This document shows positions 1 to 11,953 of a DNA stretch of 36,043 nt, one piece after another. Position numbers and translations under genes: made by a program. The notes under the pieces are model-generated. The model saw nothing but the letters and a program-made list of their open reading frames with translations, searched no databases and was not told the DNA's origin. Numbering within the stretch: position 1 is the stretch's first letter; each line of letters begins with the position of its first letter. The DNA lies in the NCBI GenBank assembly GCA_006227875.1, contig SBFI01000149.1, positions 1-36,043 of the forward strand, given 5' to 3'. This DNA is from Acidobacteriota bacterium (lineage in GTDB: Bacteria; Acidobacteriota; Thermoanaerobaculia; Multivoradales; JAHEKO01).

Positions 1-904
1 GCACCGCCGGTACGGGTCCGATCCCCATGATCCGGGGATCGACCCCGACGACCTCCCAATCCAACAGCCGGCCGGCGGCTTCGAGGCCCAGCTCCGCGGC
101 CGCCTCCTCGCTGGCCACCACCAGGGCGGCGGCGCCATCGGTGATGCCGGAAGCGTTGCCGGCCGTGACCACACCACCCTCGCGGAAGACCGGGCGGAGC
201 TTGGCGAGAGTCTCCGCGGTGACGCCGTCGCGAGGGTGCTCGTCCCGGTCGACGACCTGCTCGCCCTTCCTGTGCTCGATGCGAACCGGTACGATCTCGG
301 GCTCGAATCGACCCGCTGCCCGGGCCTGCTCGCAGCGTTGCTGGCTCATCGCCGCATACTCGTCGGAGGCCCGGCGCTCGATCCCGACCTCTTTGGCCAG
401 CTCCTCGGCGGTCTCCCCCATGACGAGCTCCGAAAGCGGGTCGTCGAAGCCGTCTTTGTACATCCCGTCGACGATCTCGTCGTGTCCGAGCCTCTGGCCC
501 CAACGCGTCCGCGGCAAGAGGTAGGGCGTGTTGGACATGCTCTCGGTGCCGCCGACAAGCACGACGCGGGCCTCGCCGAGCGTGATCGCCCGGGCGGCAC
601 ACAGCGCCGCCTGGAGCCCCGAGCCACAGGCCTGATTGACGGTGAAGGCGGGCCGCTCGGTGGGTACACCGACCCGGTGGGCGATCTGGCGGGCGGTGTT
701 GGGACCGCCACCCGCCTGCCGTGCGTGGCCAAAGACCACCTGGTCGACCGCGGCCGGGTCGAGGCTGAGGCGCTCCAGCGCCGCCGTCGCCGCCGCCGTC
801 CCCAGGTCGGCGGCCGACAGAGAGGCCAGGGCCCCGCCAAACCTGCCGATCGGCGTGCGCACCGGTCCCGCCAGCACCAGCGGCTGGAGCTGCTGGGCGT
901 TCAG
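1..904 (-). CDS. Acetyl-CoA acetyltransferase (thiolase), partial; C-terminus lies beyond the left window edge
   Basis: Not in the ORF track because it runs off the edge. My reverse-strand translation reads LVLAGPVRTPIGRFGGALASLSAADLG...FTVNQACGSGLQAALCAARAI...GGTESMSNTPY...VTAGNASGITDGAAALVVAS. That is a thiolase N-terminal half including the active-site Cys motif NQACGSG. The only canonical start is GTG at 877. A CTG at 904 with AAGGGAG 7 nt upstream fits the family N-terminus better, so the start is uncertain (877 or 904). Confidence 0.85.
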   Translation of the reverse strand, partial: MNAQQLQPLVLAGPVRTPIGRFGGALASLSAADLGTAAATAALERLSLDPAAVDQVVFGHARQAGGGPNTARQIAHRVGVPTERPAFTVNQACGSGLQAALCAARAITLGEARVVLVGGTESMSNTPYLLPRTRWGQRLGHDEIVDGMYKDGFDDPLSELVMGETAEELAKEVGIERRASDEYAAMSQQRCEQARAAGRFEPEIVPVRIEHRKGEQVVDRDEHPRDGVTAETLAKLRPVFREGGVVTAGNASGITDGAAALVVASEEAAAELGLEAAGRLLDWEVVGVDPRIMGIGPVPAV

Positions 905-906
905 CG

Positions 907-1821
907 TCAGACTCCCTTGAACTCGGCCTTGCGCTTGTCGATGTAGGCGTTCAGGCCTTCACGGGCGTCTTCGCTCTGGAAAAGCTGCTGCTGGAGCTCG
1001 CGCTCGATGGCCAGGCCGCTCTCGAACGGCACCTCGGCGCCCGACTGGACCGATCGCTTGATTCGTCCTACCGCCTTGGCCGCCCGGTTGGGGGTGCAGA
1101 ACTGACGGGCGTATTGGTGAATCTGCTCCATGAACTCATCCTGGCTGTAGCCACTCAGATCGCCGGCCTCTTCGGGCTCGAGAACTTTCTTGATGGCCCC
1201 CTGGACAAGCTCGGCGATCTTCTCGACCGATAGATCGGGGACGAAGATCTGGTTGACGATATCGAGCTCCTGTGCCTCTTCGAACGAGAGCAGCTGGCCG
1301 GTGACCATCAACTCGATAGCACGGCTCTTGCCTACGATTCGGGCCAGCCTCTGGGTGCCACCGGTGCCCGGCAGCACACCGAGGTTGATCTCGGGGAGCC
1401 CGACCTTGCCGGCTCCCTTCTTGGCGATGCGGATATCCGCCGCCATGGCGATCTCGAGGCCGCCACCGACGGTATGGCCATTGAGCGCCGCAATCACCAG
1501 CTTTGGCGTGTGCTCGAGCCGGTTGAGTGTCTCGTTGGCGTGGAGACAGAAGTTGTATTTGAAATAAGGGTCCGACTGCTGGAGCATGTTGATGTTGGCG
1601 CCGGCGCAGAAGAACTTCTCTCCCAGACCCCTGAGCACCAGCACATGGACCTCTTCGTCGAATCTGGCCTTGAGGATGCTCTCGTCCAGCTGGCGCATCA
1701 TCTCGTGGGTATAGGTGTTGGCAGGCGGGTCGTTGAGCGTCAGGTAGGCCACGCCTTCCCGTACCTCGTAGCCGACCAATGTCTTCTGTTCGGCGGTTTT
1801 TTCAGCTGTGGACTGAGCCAT
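907..1821 (-). CDS. Enoyl-CoA hydratase/isomerase (crotonase) family protein
   Basis: This is the C-terminal 304 aa of the 907..2592 ORF. It starts at MAQSTAEKTAEQKTLVGYEV (ATG 1821..1819) with GGAGG 5 nt upstream. Crotonase motifs FCAGANI and GHTVGGGLEIAMAADIRIA are present. The upstream 257 aa of the ORF is low-complexity Arg/Gly-rich and overlaps the divergent gene, so I rejected it. Confidence 0.85.
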   Translation of the reverse strand: MAQSTAEKTAEQKTLVGYEVREGVAYLTLNDPPANTYTHEMMRQLDESILKARFDEEVHVLVLRGLGEKFFCAGANINMLQQSDPYFKYNFCLHANETLNRLEHTPKLVIAALNGHTVGGGLEIAMAADIRIAKKGAGKVGLPEINLGVLPGTGGTQRLARIVGKSRAIELMVTGQLLSFEEAQELDIVNQIFVPDLSVEKIAELVQGAIKKVLEPEEAGDLSGYSQDEFMEQIHQYARQFCTPNRAAKAVGRIKRSVQSGAEVPFESGLAIERELQQQLFQSEDAREGLNAYIDKRKAEFKGV

Positions 1822-2037
1822 GATAATCCTCCGCTTGATTTCGGGATGGCGGTTGAAGGCGGGCCCGTCCCGCCGGTCCTCGCCTTGGGGGCGTATTGTT
1901 TCACGGGCCTCGCGGGTGGGCAACCGGCCCCGGCAGCTCCCTTTTTCCGGACAATGGGTAGCTGGCTGTTGTTGTACTCTGGGCGCTCTGCTCTTAGAAT
2001 TCTCCTCGGTCGACCCTTCTGCTTTGCCCTCGACGGG

Positions 2038-2814
2038 ATGATTACCGGCTACAACACCGACGTTCCCCACTCCGATCTGGTCTTTCACGTCCAGACCGAG
2101 GACAAGGGCAAGTCCAGCGCCTGGATCGAGAGTCTGGTCTATGTCGGCGGTCAGGTCGTCGCCCGCAAACGCTCCAGCTACAAGAGTTATCTCGATGAGG
2201 GCCAGGGCAGGCAGGCGATTGCCGAGATGATGGACAGACAGCACCGGCTGATGATTGCCGAGGTGCGGGGCGGGAAGTTCGACGCCAAGGTCTCGGAGCT
2301 GGCCGAAGGAGCGGCCAAAGAGGAGGTGACAGCAGGGGGTGCCGCAAACGCCACGTCGTCGTCGCTGGAGCCGCATGCGACCGACGATCTTCGTACCCTG
2401 GACGAGGTCATTCTCGCCGAGCAACAGGCGGCAATGGTGGAGCAAGAGGTCGCAGCGGAAGAGTCGGTACCGACTCTCGACCAGGTCATTCTGGAATATC
2501 TCAATTCCGAAGCCGAGCAGGAGCACCTGGTTTTGATGATGGACTCCGACGGTGATCTGGTCCCGGGTGAGGAAGTCGGCATGAGGTTTCAAACCAAGTC
2601 GAGCGTCAGTGCGGCGGCGGTGCCGGGAACTCTGGTGGCCGTCAAGATGATCTCTACGGTGAGCTCGCCGGCGACTCTTGCCGCCGGCGAGACCGATGAA
2701 CAGGGCGAGCTCGGGCTGACCATTCGGATTCCGGATCTACAGCAGGGTACCGGGGCTCTGATCATCACCGCCTCGAGCAAGCTCGGGACGGCGGAGATCA
2801 AGCAGCTTCTCTGA
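2038..2814 (+). CDS. Hypothetical protein with conserved-looking MITGYNTDV...FHVQTEDKG N-terminal domain, acidic linker and beta-rich C-terminal domain
   Basis: Start chosen at ATG 2038 inside the 1474..2814 ORF. Upstream in-frame sequence overlaps the crotonase gene and looks non-coding. Codon bias is typical of this window. No SD is visible upstream. Function is unknown. Confidence 0.6.
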   Translation: MITGYNTDVPHSDLVFHVQTEDKGKSSAWIESLVYVGGQVVARKRSSYKSYLDEGQGRQAIAEMMDRQHRLMIAEVRGGKFDAKVSELAEGAAKEEVTAGGAANATSSSLEPHATDDLRTLDEVILAEQQAAMVEQEVAAEESVPTLDQVILEYLNSEAEQEHLVLMMDSDGDLVPGEEVGMRFQTKSSVSAAAVPGTLVAVKMISTVSSPATLAAGETDEQGELGLTIRIPDLQQGTGALIITASSKLGTAEIKQLL

Positions 2815-2841
2815 CAGAATGGAAAAGAGGCAGTTCTGGGG

Positions 2842-2871
2842 TCCACAAGCGGTCGACTCCATGTGTATAAT
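2842..2871 (+). promoter_or_regulatory. Putative sigma70-type promoter for the tRNA-Lys/tRNA-Leu (and possibly tig) transcription unit
   Basis: A perfect TATAAT at 2866-2871 ends 9 nt before the tRNA-Lys 5' end (2881). TCCACA at 2842-2847 gives an 18-nt spacer. The site is a locally AT-rich patch in GC-rich DNA. Confidence 0.4.
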
Positions 2872-2880
2872 CCGTCGCGC

Positions 2881-2956
2881 GGGCCGCTAGCTCAACTGGT
2901 AGAGCAGCAGACTCTTAATCTGCGGGTTCGGGGTTCGAGTCCCTGGCGGCTCACCA
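2881..2956 (+). tRNA. tRNA-Lys (anticodon CTT), CCA encoded
   Basis: Cloverleaf folded by hand. The acceptor GGGCCGC/GCGGCTC has one G-U pair. D arm is GCTC..GAGC. Anticodon stem is GCAGA/TCTGC with loop CTCTTAA. T arm is CGGGG-TTCGAGT-CCCTG. The molecule ends in ACCA. Confidence 0.95.
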
Positions 2957-2998
2957 GCCCGATTGGATCTCCGGTTGGTCGGTACCAGCACTCCCGAA

Positions 2999-3085
2999 GC
3001 GAAAGTGGCGGAACTGGTAGACGCGCTAGACTTAGGATCTAGTCCCGTAATCGGGGTGGGGGTTCGAGTCCCCCCTTTCGCACCA
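2999..3085 (+). tRNA. tRNA-Leu (anticodon TAG), class II with long variable arm, CCA encoded
   Basis: Acceptor is GCGAAAG/CTTTCGC. Anticodon stem is CTAGA/TCTAG with loop CTTAGGA. The variable arm is long (TCCCGTAATCGGGGT). T arm is GGGGG-TTCGAGT-CCCCC. The molecule ends in ACCA. Confidence 0.93.
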
Positions 3086-3125
3086 ACTGTCTGGCGCCGG
3101 TAACCGTAGAAAGCGTAATTGAGAT

Positions 3126-4439
3126 ATGAGTGTTGTACTGTCGATCGACGAAGTCGGGCCCTGCCGCAAGCAGCTCAAGATCGAGGTGCCCGCACCGGCG
3201 GTCGAAGCCGAGACGAAGAGAGTCGTCGACGAATTCCGGCGCAAGGCGAAACTCCCCGGCTTTCGCAAGGGCAAGGTGCCGCGGGAGCTGGTCGAGCAGC
3301 GATTCCAAAGTGATATCGAGCAGGAGGTCATCGACCGTCTGGTGCCCCGCTACTGGCGGCAGGCGGAGGCCGAGAAGGAGCTCGACCCCCTGATGCCGCC
3401 CAGCCTCGAAGATGTGGATCTCCAACCGGGTGCCGAGCTGACCTTTGTCGCCTCGGTCGAGACCCGACCCGAGATCCAGGTCGGTGACTTGGAGAACTTC
3501 GAGCTGCCCGAGCTGGAAGTCACCCCGACGCCAGAGGAGATAGATGCCTCGCTCGATGAGCTGCGGCGCAGTCTGGCGGAGTGGGTTGCCGTCGAGCGGC
3601 CGGCGGCCCGAGGTGATCTGGTGGTGGGTGAGATGACCCCACAGAATGGCGACTCGGATGCCGAGCCCGAGGAGCAGACGATCTCCTTCGAAGTCGGGGA
3701 TCCACAGGTGTGGGAAGAGCTCACTCTGGAAGCAACCGGAAAGACCGCCGGGCAGTCGACGGAGGTCGTGCGACGACAGGGTGAAGGCGAAGATGCCGTC
3801 GAACAACGGTTCAGCCTGCATATCGCAGAGGTCAAGGAGCGGGATCTGCCGCCGGCCGACGACGCCCTGGCGGCTCGAGTCGGTGAGTTCGAGGATCTTG
3901 CGGCCCTCAAGGAGGCGTTGGGCAAGCGCCTCGAGCAGGAAAAACGTCAGGAGCGCCGGCAGCAGAGGGAGAAGAGCCTGACCGATCAGCTGCGCGAGCG
4001 GCATCCGCTCACTCTCCCCCGAGGGGTCGTCGATCAGGAGATCGAGGCGATGCTTCGTGACTATGCGAGTGGGCTGGCCATGCGTGGTGTCGACCTGGAG
4101 AAGACGCAACTCGACTGGCGGGAGATGGGCGAGAAGGTCCGACCTCAGGCCGAGAACCACGTCCACTCGCGCTTGATCCTGGATGCGGTGGCCAAGGACC
4201 TGGAGTTGGAGGTCACCGAAGCGGAGTTCGAACGGACCCTGGCGAATCTGGCACGCGCCGAAGGCAAGACCACGGTCGCCGTGAGGCAGGCCCTGGATCG
4301 GGCCGGAAGGCTGGGTCCGCTACGCGCCCAGCTGCGCCGCGAGAAGACCCTGCGACACCTCATGGGGGATTCACCGGAACTGGCAATGACAGATTCTGAC
4401 GATACGGTCGAGGAAAATGAACAGGACGATCAAGACTAG
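3126..4439 (+). CDS. tig: Trigger factor (ribosome-associated chaperone / PPIase)
   Basis: 437-aa ORF. The N-terminus [35 protein letters not shown] carries the trigger-factor ribosome-binding GFRxGxxP signature. The position directly upstream of clpP-clpX is the classic synteny. Confidence 0.95.
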   Translation: MSVVLSIDEVGPCRKQLKIEVPAPAVEAETKRVVDEFRRKAKLPGFRKGKVPRELVEQRFQSDIEQEVIDRLVPRYWRQAEAEKELDPLMPPSLEDVDLQPGAELTFVASVETRPEIQVGDLENFELPELEVTPTPEEIDASLDELRRSLAEWVAVERPAARGDLVVGEMTPQNGDSDAEPEEQTISFEVGDPQVWEELTLEATGKTAGQSTEVVRRQGEGEDAVEQRFSLHIAEVKERDLPPADDALAARVGEFEDLAALKEALGKRLEQEKRQERRQQREKSLTDQLRERHPLTLPRGVVDQEIEAMLRDYASGLAMRGVDLEKTQLDWREMGEKVRPQAENHVHSRLILDAVAKDLELEVTEAEFERTLANLARAEGKTTVAVRQALDRAGRLGPLRAQLRREKTLRHLMGDSPELAMTDSDDTVEENEQDDQD

Positions 4440-4453
4440 GGAGCGGACGAGAA

Positions 4454-5041
4454 ATGCTGATCCCAATGGTAGTTGAGCAGACGAATAGGGGAGAGCGGGC
4501 CTACGACATCTACTCCCGGCTCCTCAAGGACAACATCATCTTCGTGGGCCGGCCGATCGATGACGACGTCTCGAATCTGGTTATTGCCCAGATGCTCTTC
4601 CTCGAAGCCGAGAATCCGGAGAAGGACATCGCCGTCTACATCAATTCACCGGGTGGCTCGATTACCGCCGGTCTGGCGATCTACGACACCATGCAGTACA
4701 TCAAGCCGGATGTCGCCACTCTGTGTGTGGGCCAGGCGGCCTCCATGGCTGCGGTCCTGCTGGCTGCGGGAACCACAGGCAAGCGCTCGGTGCTGCCAAA
4801 CAGCCGGGTTCTGATCCACCAGCCCCTGCTCTACGGGCTCCAGGGTCAGCAGACCGATATCGACATCCACGCCAAGGATCTGATGCGTATGCGCAACAGG
4901 ATCGAGGAGATTTTCGTGCTCCACACCGGCAAGAGCAAAGAGGAGATTCACAACGATACCGAGCGCGATAAGATCCTCACCGCGGGCGAGGCCGTGGATT
5001 ATGGGCTGGCCGATCAGGTCATGGGGCGGCGGGAGAGTTAG
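4454..5041 (+). CDS. clpP: ATP-dependent Clp protease proteolytic subunit
   Basis: 195 aa. Recognisable stretches are [42 protein letters not shown], the catalytic Ser context GQAASMAA, and the His context LIHQP. Confidence 0.97.
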   Translation: MLIPMVVEQTNRGERAYDIYSRLLKDNIIFVGRPIDDDVSNLVIAQMLFLEAENPEKDIAVYINSPGGSITAGLAIYDTMQYIKPDVATLCVGQAASMAAVLLAAGTTGKRSVLPNSRVLIHQPLLYGLQGQQTDIDIHAKDLMRMRNRIEEIFVLHTGKSKEEIHNDTERDKILTAGEAVDYGLADQVMGRRES

Positions 5042-5174
5042 CCAGGCCACAGTAGCGCCAAAAGCGGATTTGATACTATTGAGACCAAGGAAGCGCGAAG
5101 ACATGAGGCGTCGGAATACGCGCTCACGATCGGGTTGTTGTGACTAACGAGTAGAGAGAAGGATCCGAGGAGCG

Positions 5175-6410
<1,236 letters not shown>

Positions 6411-6486
6411 GCCTCAACTGATTGGGTGCCGACCCTCGGTCGGGCTACCCTTACACGGCAGCAATAAAAACGCAGGAATTTTGAGC

Positions 6487-8907
6487 ATGGGCTCTAGCTT
6501 CATCAAATCCTCTCAGCAGCGGCTACCTCTGGTGCCCCTGCGCGACATGGTCGTGTTTCCACACATGATGGCGCCTTTTATCGTCGGTCGGGACCAGTCG
6601 GTCCAGGCGCTGGAACAGAGCCTCGGTGTATCCGACAAGCTCATCTTCCTGGTGGCACAGAAGGATCCCAAAGTCGACGAGCCGGTGCTCGAGGACATGC
6701 ACAAAATCGGTGTGGTGGCGCGCATCGTCCAAAGCCTCAAGCTGCCGAACGGCAACGTCAAGGTGATGGTCGAGGGTGTGGAGCGGGCCCGACTCATCGA
6801 TCTGGAAGAGATCGAGGGGGCCGTCCACGCCGAGGTCGAGACCTACCACATCGACTTTCCGGTCGATGAGAACGTCGAGATCTACATCAACAAGGTGCTG
6901 GGCGTGTTCGAGACCTACGCCAAGATGTCGCACCATCTGGCATTCGAAGGATTGGTCTCCACCATCCAGATGGACGATACCGATCAGTTTACAGATCAGC
7001 TGGCGGCCCACCTGATGGTGTCGACCTCGGAGAAGCAGGCCCTGTTGGAGATTCTGAACCCCTTCGAGCGTCTGCAAAGACTTCACGATCTGCTCGATGT
7101 CGAAGTAGAGAAGGTCAACATCGACAAGCGGATCAACGTGAACGTCAAGAAGCAGATGGAGAAGGCGCAGAAGGAGTACTACCTCAACGAGAAGATCAAG
7201 GCCATTCACCAGGAGCTTGGCCGCAAGGACGACCGCGGTGACGAGCTCGCGGAGCTCAAGGAACAGATCGAGAAGGTGGGAATGCCGAAAGCCGCCAAGG
7301 AGAAGGCGGAGCAGGAGCTCAAGCGGCTCGAGGCGATGCCACCAGTGTCGGCCGAGGCCACGGTGTCCCGCAACTACATCGATTGGTTGGTGAGCGTGCC
7401 GTGGAAGAAGAAGAGCCGCGAGATCAAGGATCTGGAGCGAGCTCAGAAGATCCTCGACGAGGACCACTACGGTCTGGAGAAGATCAAGGAGCGGATCCTC
7501 GAGTTCCTGGCGGTGCGACAGCTCACCGCGCAGGCACGCAGCTCGATCATCTGTTTTGTCGGCCCACCGGGTGTCGGCAAGTCCTCTCTCGCCAAATCGA
7601 TCGCTCGCGCCACCGGTCGCAAATTCGTTCGCCTGTCATTGGGTGGTGTCCGGGACGAGGCCGAGGTGCGTGGACATCGCCGAACCTACATCGGCGCCTT
7701 CCCCGGTCAGATCATCCAGATGATGAAGAAGGCCGGCACCGTCAACCCGGTCTTCCTGCTGGACGAAATCGAGAAGATGTCCATGGACTTTCGGGGTGAT
7801 CCGTCGGCCGCGCTGCTGGAGGTGCTCGACCCCGAGCAGAATCACGCTTTCCAAGATCATTATCTGGACGTTGAGTACAACCTGACCCAGGTGATGTTCA
7901 TCGCCACGGCCAATGTCAGCCACACCATTCCGCCGGCACTCCAGGATCGAATGGAGATCATCCAACTCACCGGCTACACCTTGCCCGAGAAGATGGAGAT
8001 AGCCAAGAGCTTCTTGATCCCAAAACAGCTGAAGGCCCACGGTCTCAAGCCCAAGCAGGTGAGATTCGAGGAGGACGCCGTCAGATCGGTGGCCGAGGGC
8101 TACACCCGAGAGGCCGGGGTCAGGAACCTGGAGCGAGAGATCGGCAAGATCTGCCGCAAGGTCGCCCGCAAGATCGTCCAGGAGGGCAAGAAGTCGATCA
8201 CCGTGGAAATCGACAATGATTCCGTGGTGGAGTTTCTCGGCAAGATCCGGTATCTACCGAGAAAGAAGGGCGAAGAATCCGAAGTCGGCGTGGCGACCGG
8301 TCTTGCCTGGACCGAAGCCGGTGGTGAGCTGTTGGAGACCGAAGTGGGCTTGATGCAGGGCAAAGGAAAGCTTATCCTTACCGGCAAGCTCGGCGAGGTG
8401 ATGCAGGAGTCGGCCAGAGCCGCACTCTCCTATCTCCGCAGTCGGGCCGATGTCTTCGGTGTGGCCCCCGACTTCAGCGAGGACAAGGATCTTCACATCC
8501 ACGTGCCCGAAGGCGCGATTCCCAAGGACGGTCCGTCGGCGGGAATCACCATGGGCACGGCGCTGGTTTCGGCCGTCACCGGCGTGCCGGTGCGCAAGGA
8601 TGTGGCGATGACGGGGGAGATCACTCTTCGCGGTAAAGTACTGCCCGTGGGCGGCATCAAACACAAGCTGCTGGCCGCCTACCGTGCCGACATTACCGAA
8701 GTGATTCTTCCGAAGCAGAACGACAAGGATCTGGAAGAGATACCGAGCGAGGTTCGAGAAGTGCTCCAGGTCCATCTGGTCGAATCGATGGACGAGGTAT
8801 TGAGCCTCGCCCTCGAGCGCGAGCCCGCCCCGGGGCCACAGGTGGAGGCGGAGCTGCAAAAGACTACTCCGGAACCGCCCGTCGAGTCCGACTCGATAGC
8901 TCACTGA
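6487..8907 (+). CDS. lon: Lon protease (LonA type)
   Basis: The ORF is open from TTG 6481. I prefer ATG 6487, which lies 9 nt after AGGA (6474-6477). The N-domain reads [15 protein letters not shown]. Walker A is [11 protein letters not shown]. The protease Ser motif is [11 protein letters not shown]. Confidence 0.97.
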   Translation: MGSSFIKSSQQRLPLVPLRDMVVFPHMMAPFIVGRDQSVQALEQSLGVSDKLIFLVAQKDPKVDEPVLEDMHKIGVVARIVQSLKLPNGNVKVMVEGVERARLIDLEEIEGAVHAEVETYHIDFPVDENVEIYINKVLGVFETYAKMSHHLAFEGLVSTIQMDDTDQFTDQLAAHLMVSTSEKQALLEILNPFERLQRLHDLLDVEVEKVNIDKRINVNVKKQMEKAQKEYYLNEKIKAIHQELGRKDDRGDELAELKEQIEKVGMPKAAKEKAEQELKRLEAMPPVSAEATVSRNYIDWLVSVPWKKKSREIKDLERAQKILDEDHYGLEKIKERILEFLAVRQLTAQARSSIICFVGPPGVGKSSLAKSIARATGRKFVRLSLGGVRDEAEVRGHRRTYIGAFPGQIIQMMKKAGTVNPVFLLDEIEKMSMDFRGDPSAALLEVLDPEQNHAFQDHYLDVEYNLTQVMFIATANVSHTIPPALQDRMEIIQLTGYTLPEKMEIAKSFLIPKQLKAHGLKPKQVRFEEDAVRSVAEGYTREAGVRNLEREIGKICRKVARKIVQEGKKSITVEIDNDSVVEFLGKIRYLPRKKGEESEVGVATGLAWTEAGGELLETEVGLMQGKGKLILTGKLGEVMQESARAALSYLRSRADVFGVAPDFSEDKDLHIHVPEGAIPKDGPSAGITMGTALVSAVTGVPVRKDVAMTGEITLRGKVLPVGGIKHKLLAAYRADITEVILPKQNDKDLEEIPSEVREVLQVHLVESMDEVLSLALEREPAPGPQVEAELQKTTPEPPVESDSIAH

Positions 8908-9064
8908 AATCCGACAGTCGGGCGGTTGGTTTTTTTGTCTCGCGGATAGCTCGCTAGAACGGTTGGGAAAGAACGACCGGCCTACGGGCAGGAACTCGAA
9001 CTCCTAGACAGTCGCGAGGCGTCCTAAGGAGATAGGGCGCTAAATGTGAGGGGTGGAGGGGAGC

Positions 9065-9680
9065 TTGAAGATCGACACGGCTCGATTCATCCGCTCGGCG
9101 CTCAGCAAGAAGGACTTCTCGGAGGATGGTCTGCCGGAGATTGCGTTTGCTGGTCGCTCGAATGTCGGCAAGTCGAGTCTGCTAAACCGGATGTTGAATC
9201 GAAAGGCGTTGGCACGTATCAGCTCGGTTCCCGGAAAGACAAGAGCGATCAACTACTTTTTGATCAACTCCAGCTTCTATTTTGTCGACCTGCCGGGGTA
9301 TGGATACGCAAAAGTCGGCAAAGCCGAACGACGTGATTGGGCAAAGCTGATGGACCAGTACCTGCAACGGACACTGCCGGGAGGCATGATCGTTCAGTTG
9401 GTGGATGGAAAAGTAGGCGCCACCCCACTCGACATCCAGGCGTTCGAATACTTCTGCGACCTGGGTGGAGAGCCGACTGTGGTGGCGACCAAGATCGATA
9501 AATTACCGCGCAGCAAGCGCAAGACACAACTCGGGGGGATAGCACAGACTCTGTCCCAGGGCACCGTAAGACCGATTCCTTTCTCGTCACGCACCGGGGA
9601 GGGAGTCAAGGAGCTCTGGCGAGAGATAACGACCTTTCTTGGCGGTGAAGCGAGAGAGGCGAACGAAAACGAGGAAACAG

Positions 9681-9688
<8 letters not shown>
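9065..9688 (+). CDS. engB: Ribosome biogenesis GTPase EngB/YsxC/YihA
   Basis: G1 is [12 protein letters not shown] and G3 is DLPGYG. The ORF is open from GTG 9053. TTG 9065 follows GGAGGGGAG and gives [38 protein letters not shown]. As I recall it, this is collinear with B. subtilis YsxC from residue 1. The lon-engB synteny is well known. Confidence 0.9.
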
Positions 9689-11111
<1,423 letters not shown>

Positions 11112-11122
11112 GGCCGAGCCTC

Positions 11123-11932
11123 GTGCCTCTGCGCATCGGCGTCGTCGACTACCTGAACAGCAGGCCCCTGGCCTGGTCCTTTCGCAACGGATTCCATCGC
11201 GACATCTTCGAGCCCGGCTTCTACCCCCCGGCAGAGGTGGCGGTACGGCTGGCGGCCGGTGAGATCGACATCGGTCTCCTGCCGTCGATCGAGCTACAGC
11301 GAATACCCGGTCTGCGGGTGCTGCCCGGTCTGTGCATCGCGGCCACGCACGAGGCACGCAGCGTGCTGCTGGTGTTGGCCAAGCCGTTGGAGAGCGTCCG
11401 GCGTATCGCCCTGGACCGGAACAGCCGCACCTCGGCGGCCCTGGTCGAGATCCTGCTCGCCGACAGCTATGGTCTGAAACCGGAGCTGGTGTCGACGGCC
11501 CCCGATCTAGATGAGATGCTCCAGGCCGCGGACGCCGCCCTGCTCATCGGGGACCCGGCGCTGCGTGTCGATCGCTCGGCGTATCGGGTTTTGGATTTGG
11601 CCGCCGAATGGCGGCGGCTGACCGATCTACCCTTCGTCTTTGCCGTCTGGGCGGTGCGCACAGGCGTCGCGGCCGATGGGCTGGTTTCCTATTTCCGGGA
11701 GAGCCTCGGCCAGGGATTGGAGCACCTCGAGGAGCTGGTGGCAGATTCCTCCCGCGAGCTCGACATCGATTCCGCCGAGCTGCGCAGCTACCTTACCGAC
11801 CACCTGAGCTTCGAGATGGGTGCGACCGAGGTCGCGGCGTTGGAAGAGTTCCATCGTCGTGCCCATGCTCACGGGCTGATCGATGCCCTCCAGCCGGTCG
11901 AAGTTGTCGGCAGCTTGCTCCCCCAACCCTGA
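11123..11932 (+). CDS. mqnA: Chorismate dehydratase MqnA (futalosine pathway of menaquinone synthesis)
   Basis: 269 aa with a GTG start. The N-terminus [18 protein letters not shown]...[17 protein letters not shown] is typical of the MqnA/DUF178 periplasmic-binding-protein-like family. It is adjacent to an MqnC/E-type radical SAM gene. Confidence 0.85.
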   Translation: MPLRIGVVDYLNSRPLAWSFRNGFHRDIFEPGFYPPAEVAVRLAAGEIDIGLLPSIELQRIPGLRVLPGLCIAATHEARSVLLVLAKPLESVRRIALDRNSRTSAALVEILLADSYGLKPELVSTAPDLDEMLQAADAALLIGDPALRVDRSAYRVLDLAAEWRRLTDLPFVFAVWAVRTGVAADGLVSYFRESLGQGLEHLEELVADSSRELDIDSAELRSYLTDHLSFEMGATEVAALEEFHRRAHAHGLIDALQPVEVVGSLLPQP

Positions 11933-11953
11933 TTCCATAGAGTTAGCCCCACG

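Noticed and set aside
907-2592. N-terminal over-extensions of real genes in the track: 561 aa for the crotonase, 1474..2814 for the hypothetical protein, 9639 for rho, 26253 for rsmB, 28612 for the DUF1343 gene and 29970 for the small ORF.
   Set aside because: The extra sequence overlaps the neighbouring gene and is compositionally junk. In each case an internal start with an SD and/or a stop-start overlap reproduces the family-typical N-terminus.
3039-4166. Long antisense ORFs opposite well-supported genes. This 375-aa ORF lies opposite tig. Others are 6523..7467 (opposite lon), 10326..11357 (rho), 11627..12385, 13845..15053 and 14155..15294 (symporter), 18244..19281, 19376..20728, 21254..22027, 23102..24235, 24010..25095, 25396..26451, 25593..26903, 27826..28599 and 34516..35535.
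   Set aside because: Their translations are Arg/Gly/Pro/His-rich low-complexity sequence with no motifs. They fully overlap genes with unmistakable family signatures. They are the shadow ORFs expected in GC-rich DNA, where stop codons are rare.
8905-8937. Run of seven T (8930-8936) after the lon stop, considered as an intrinsic terminator.
   Set aside because: The only upstream pairing is CCGA-CAG-TCGG, a 4-bp stem that ends 8 nt before the T-run. That is too weak to call a terminator with confidence.
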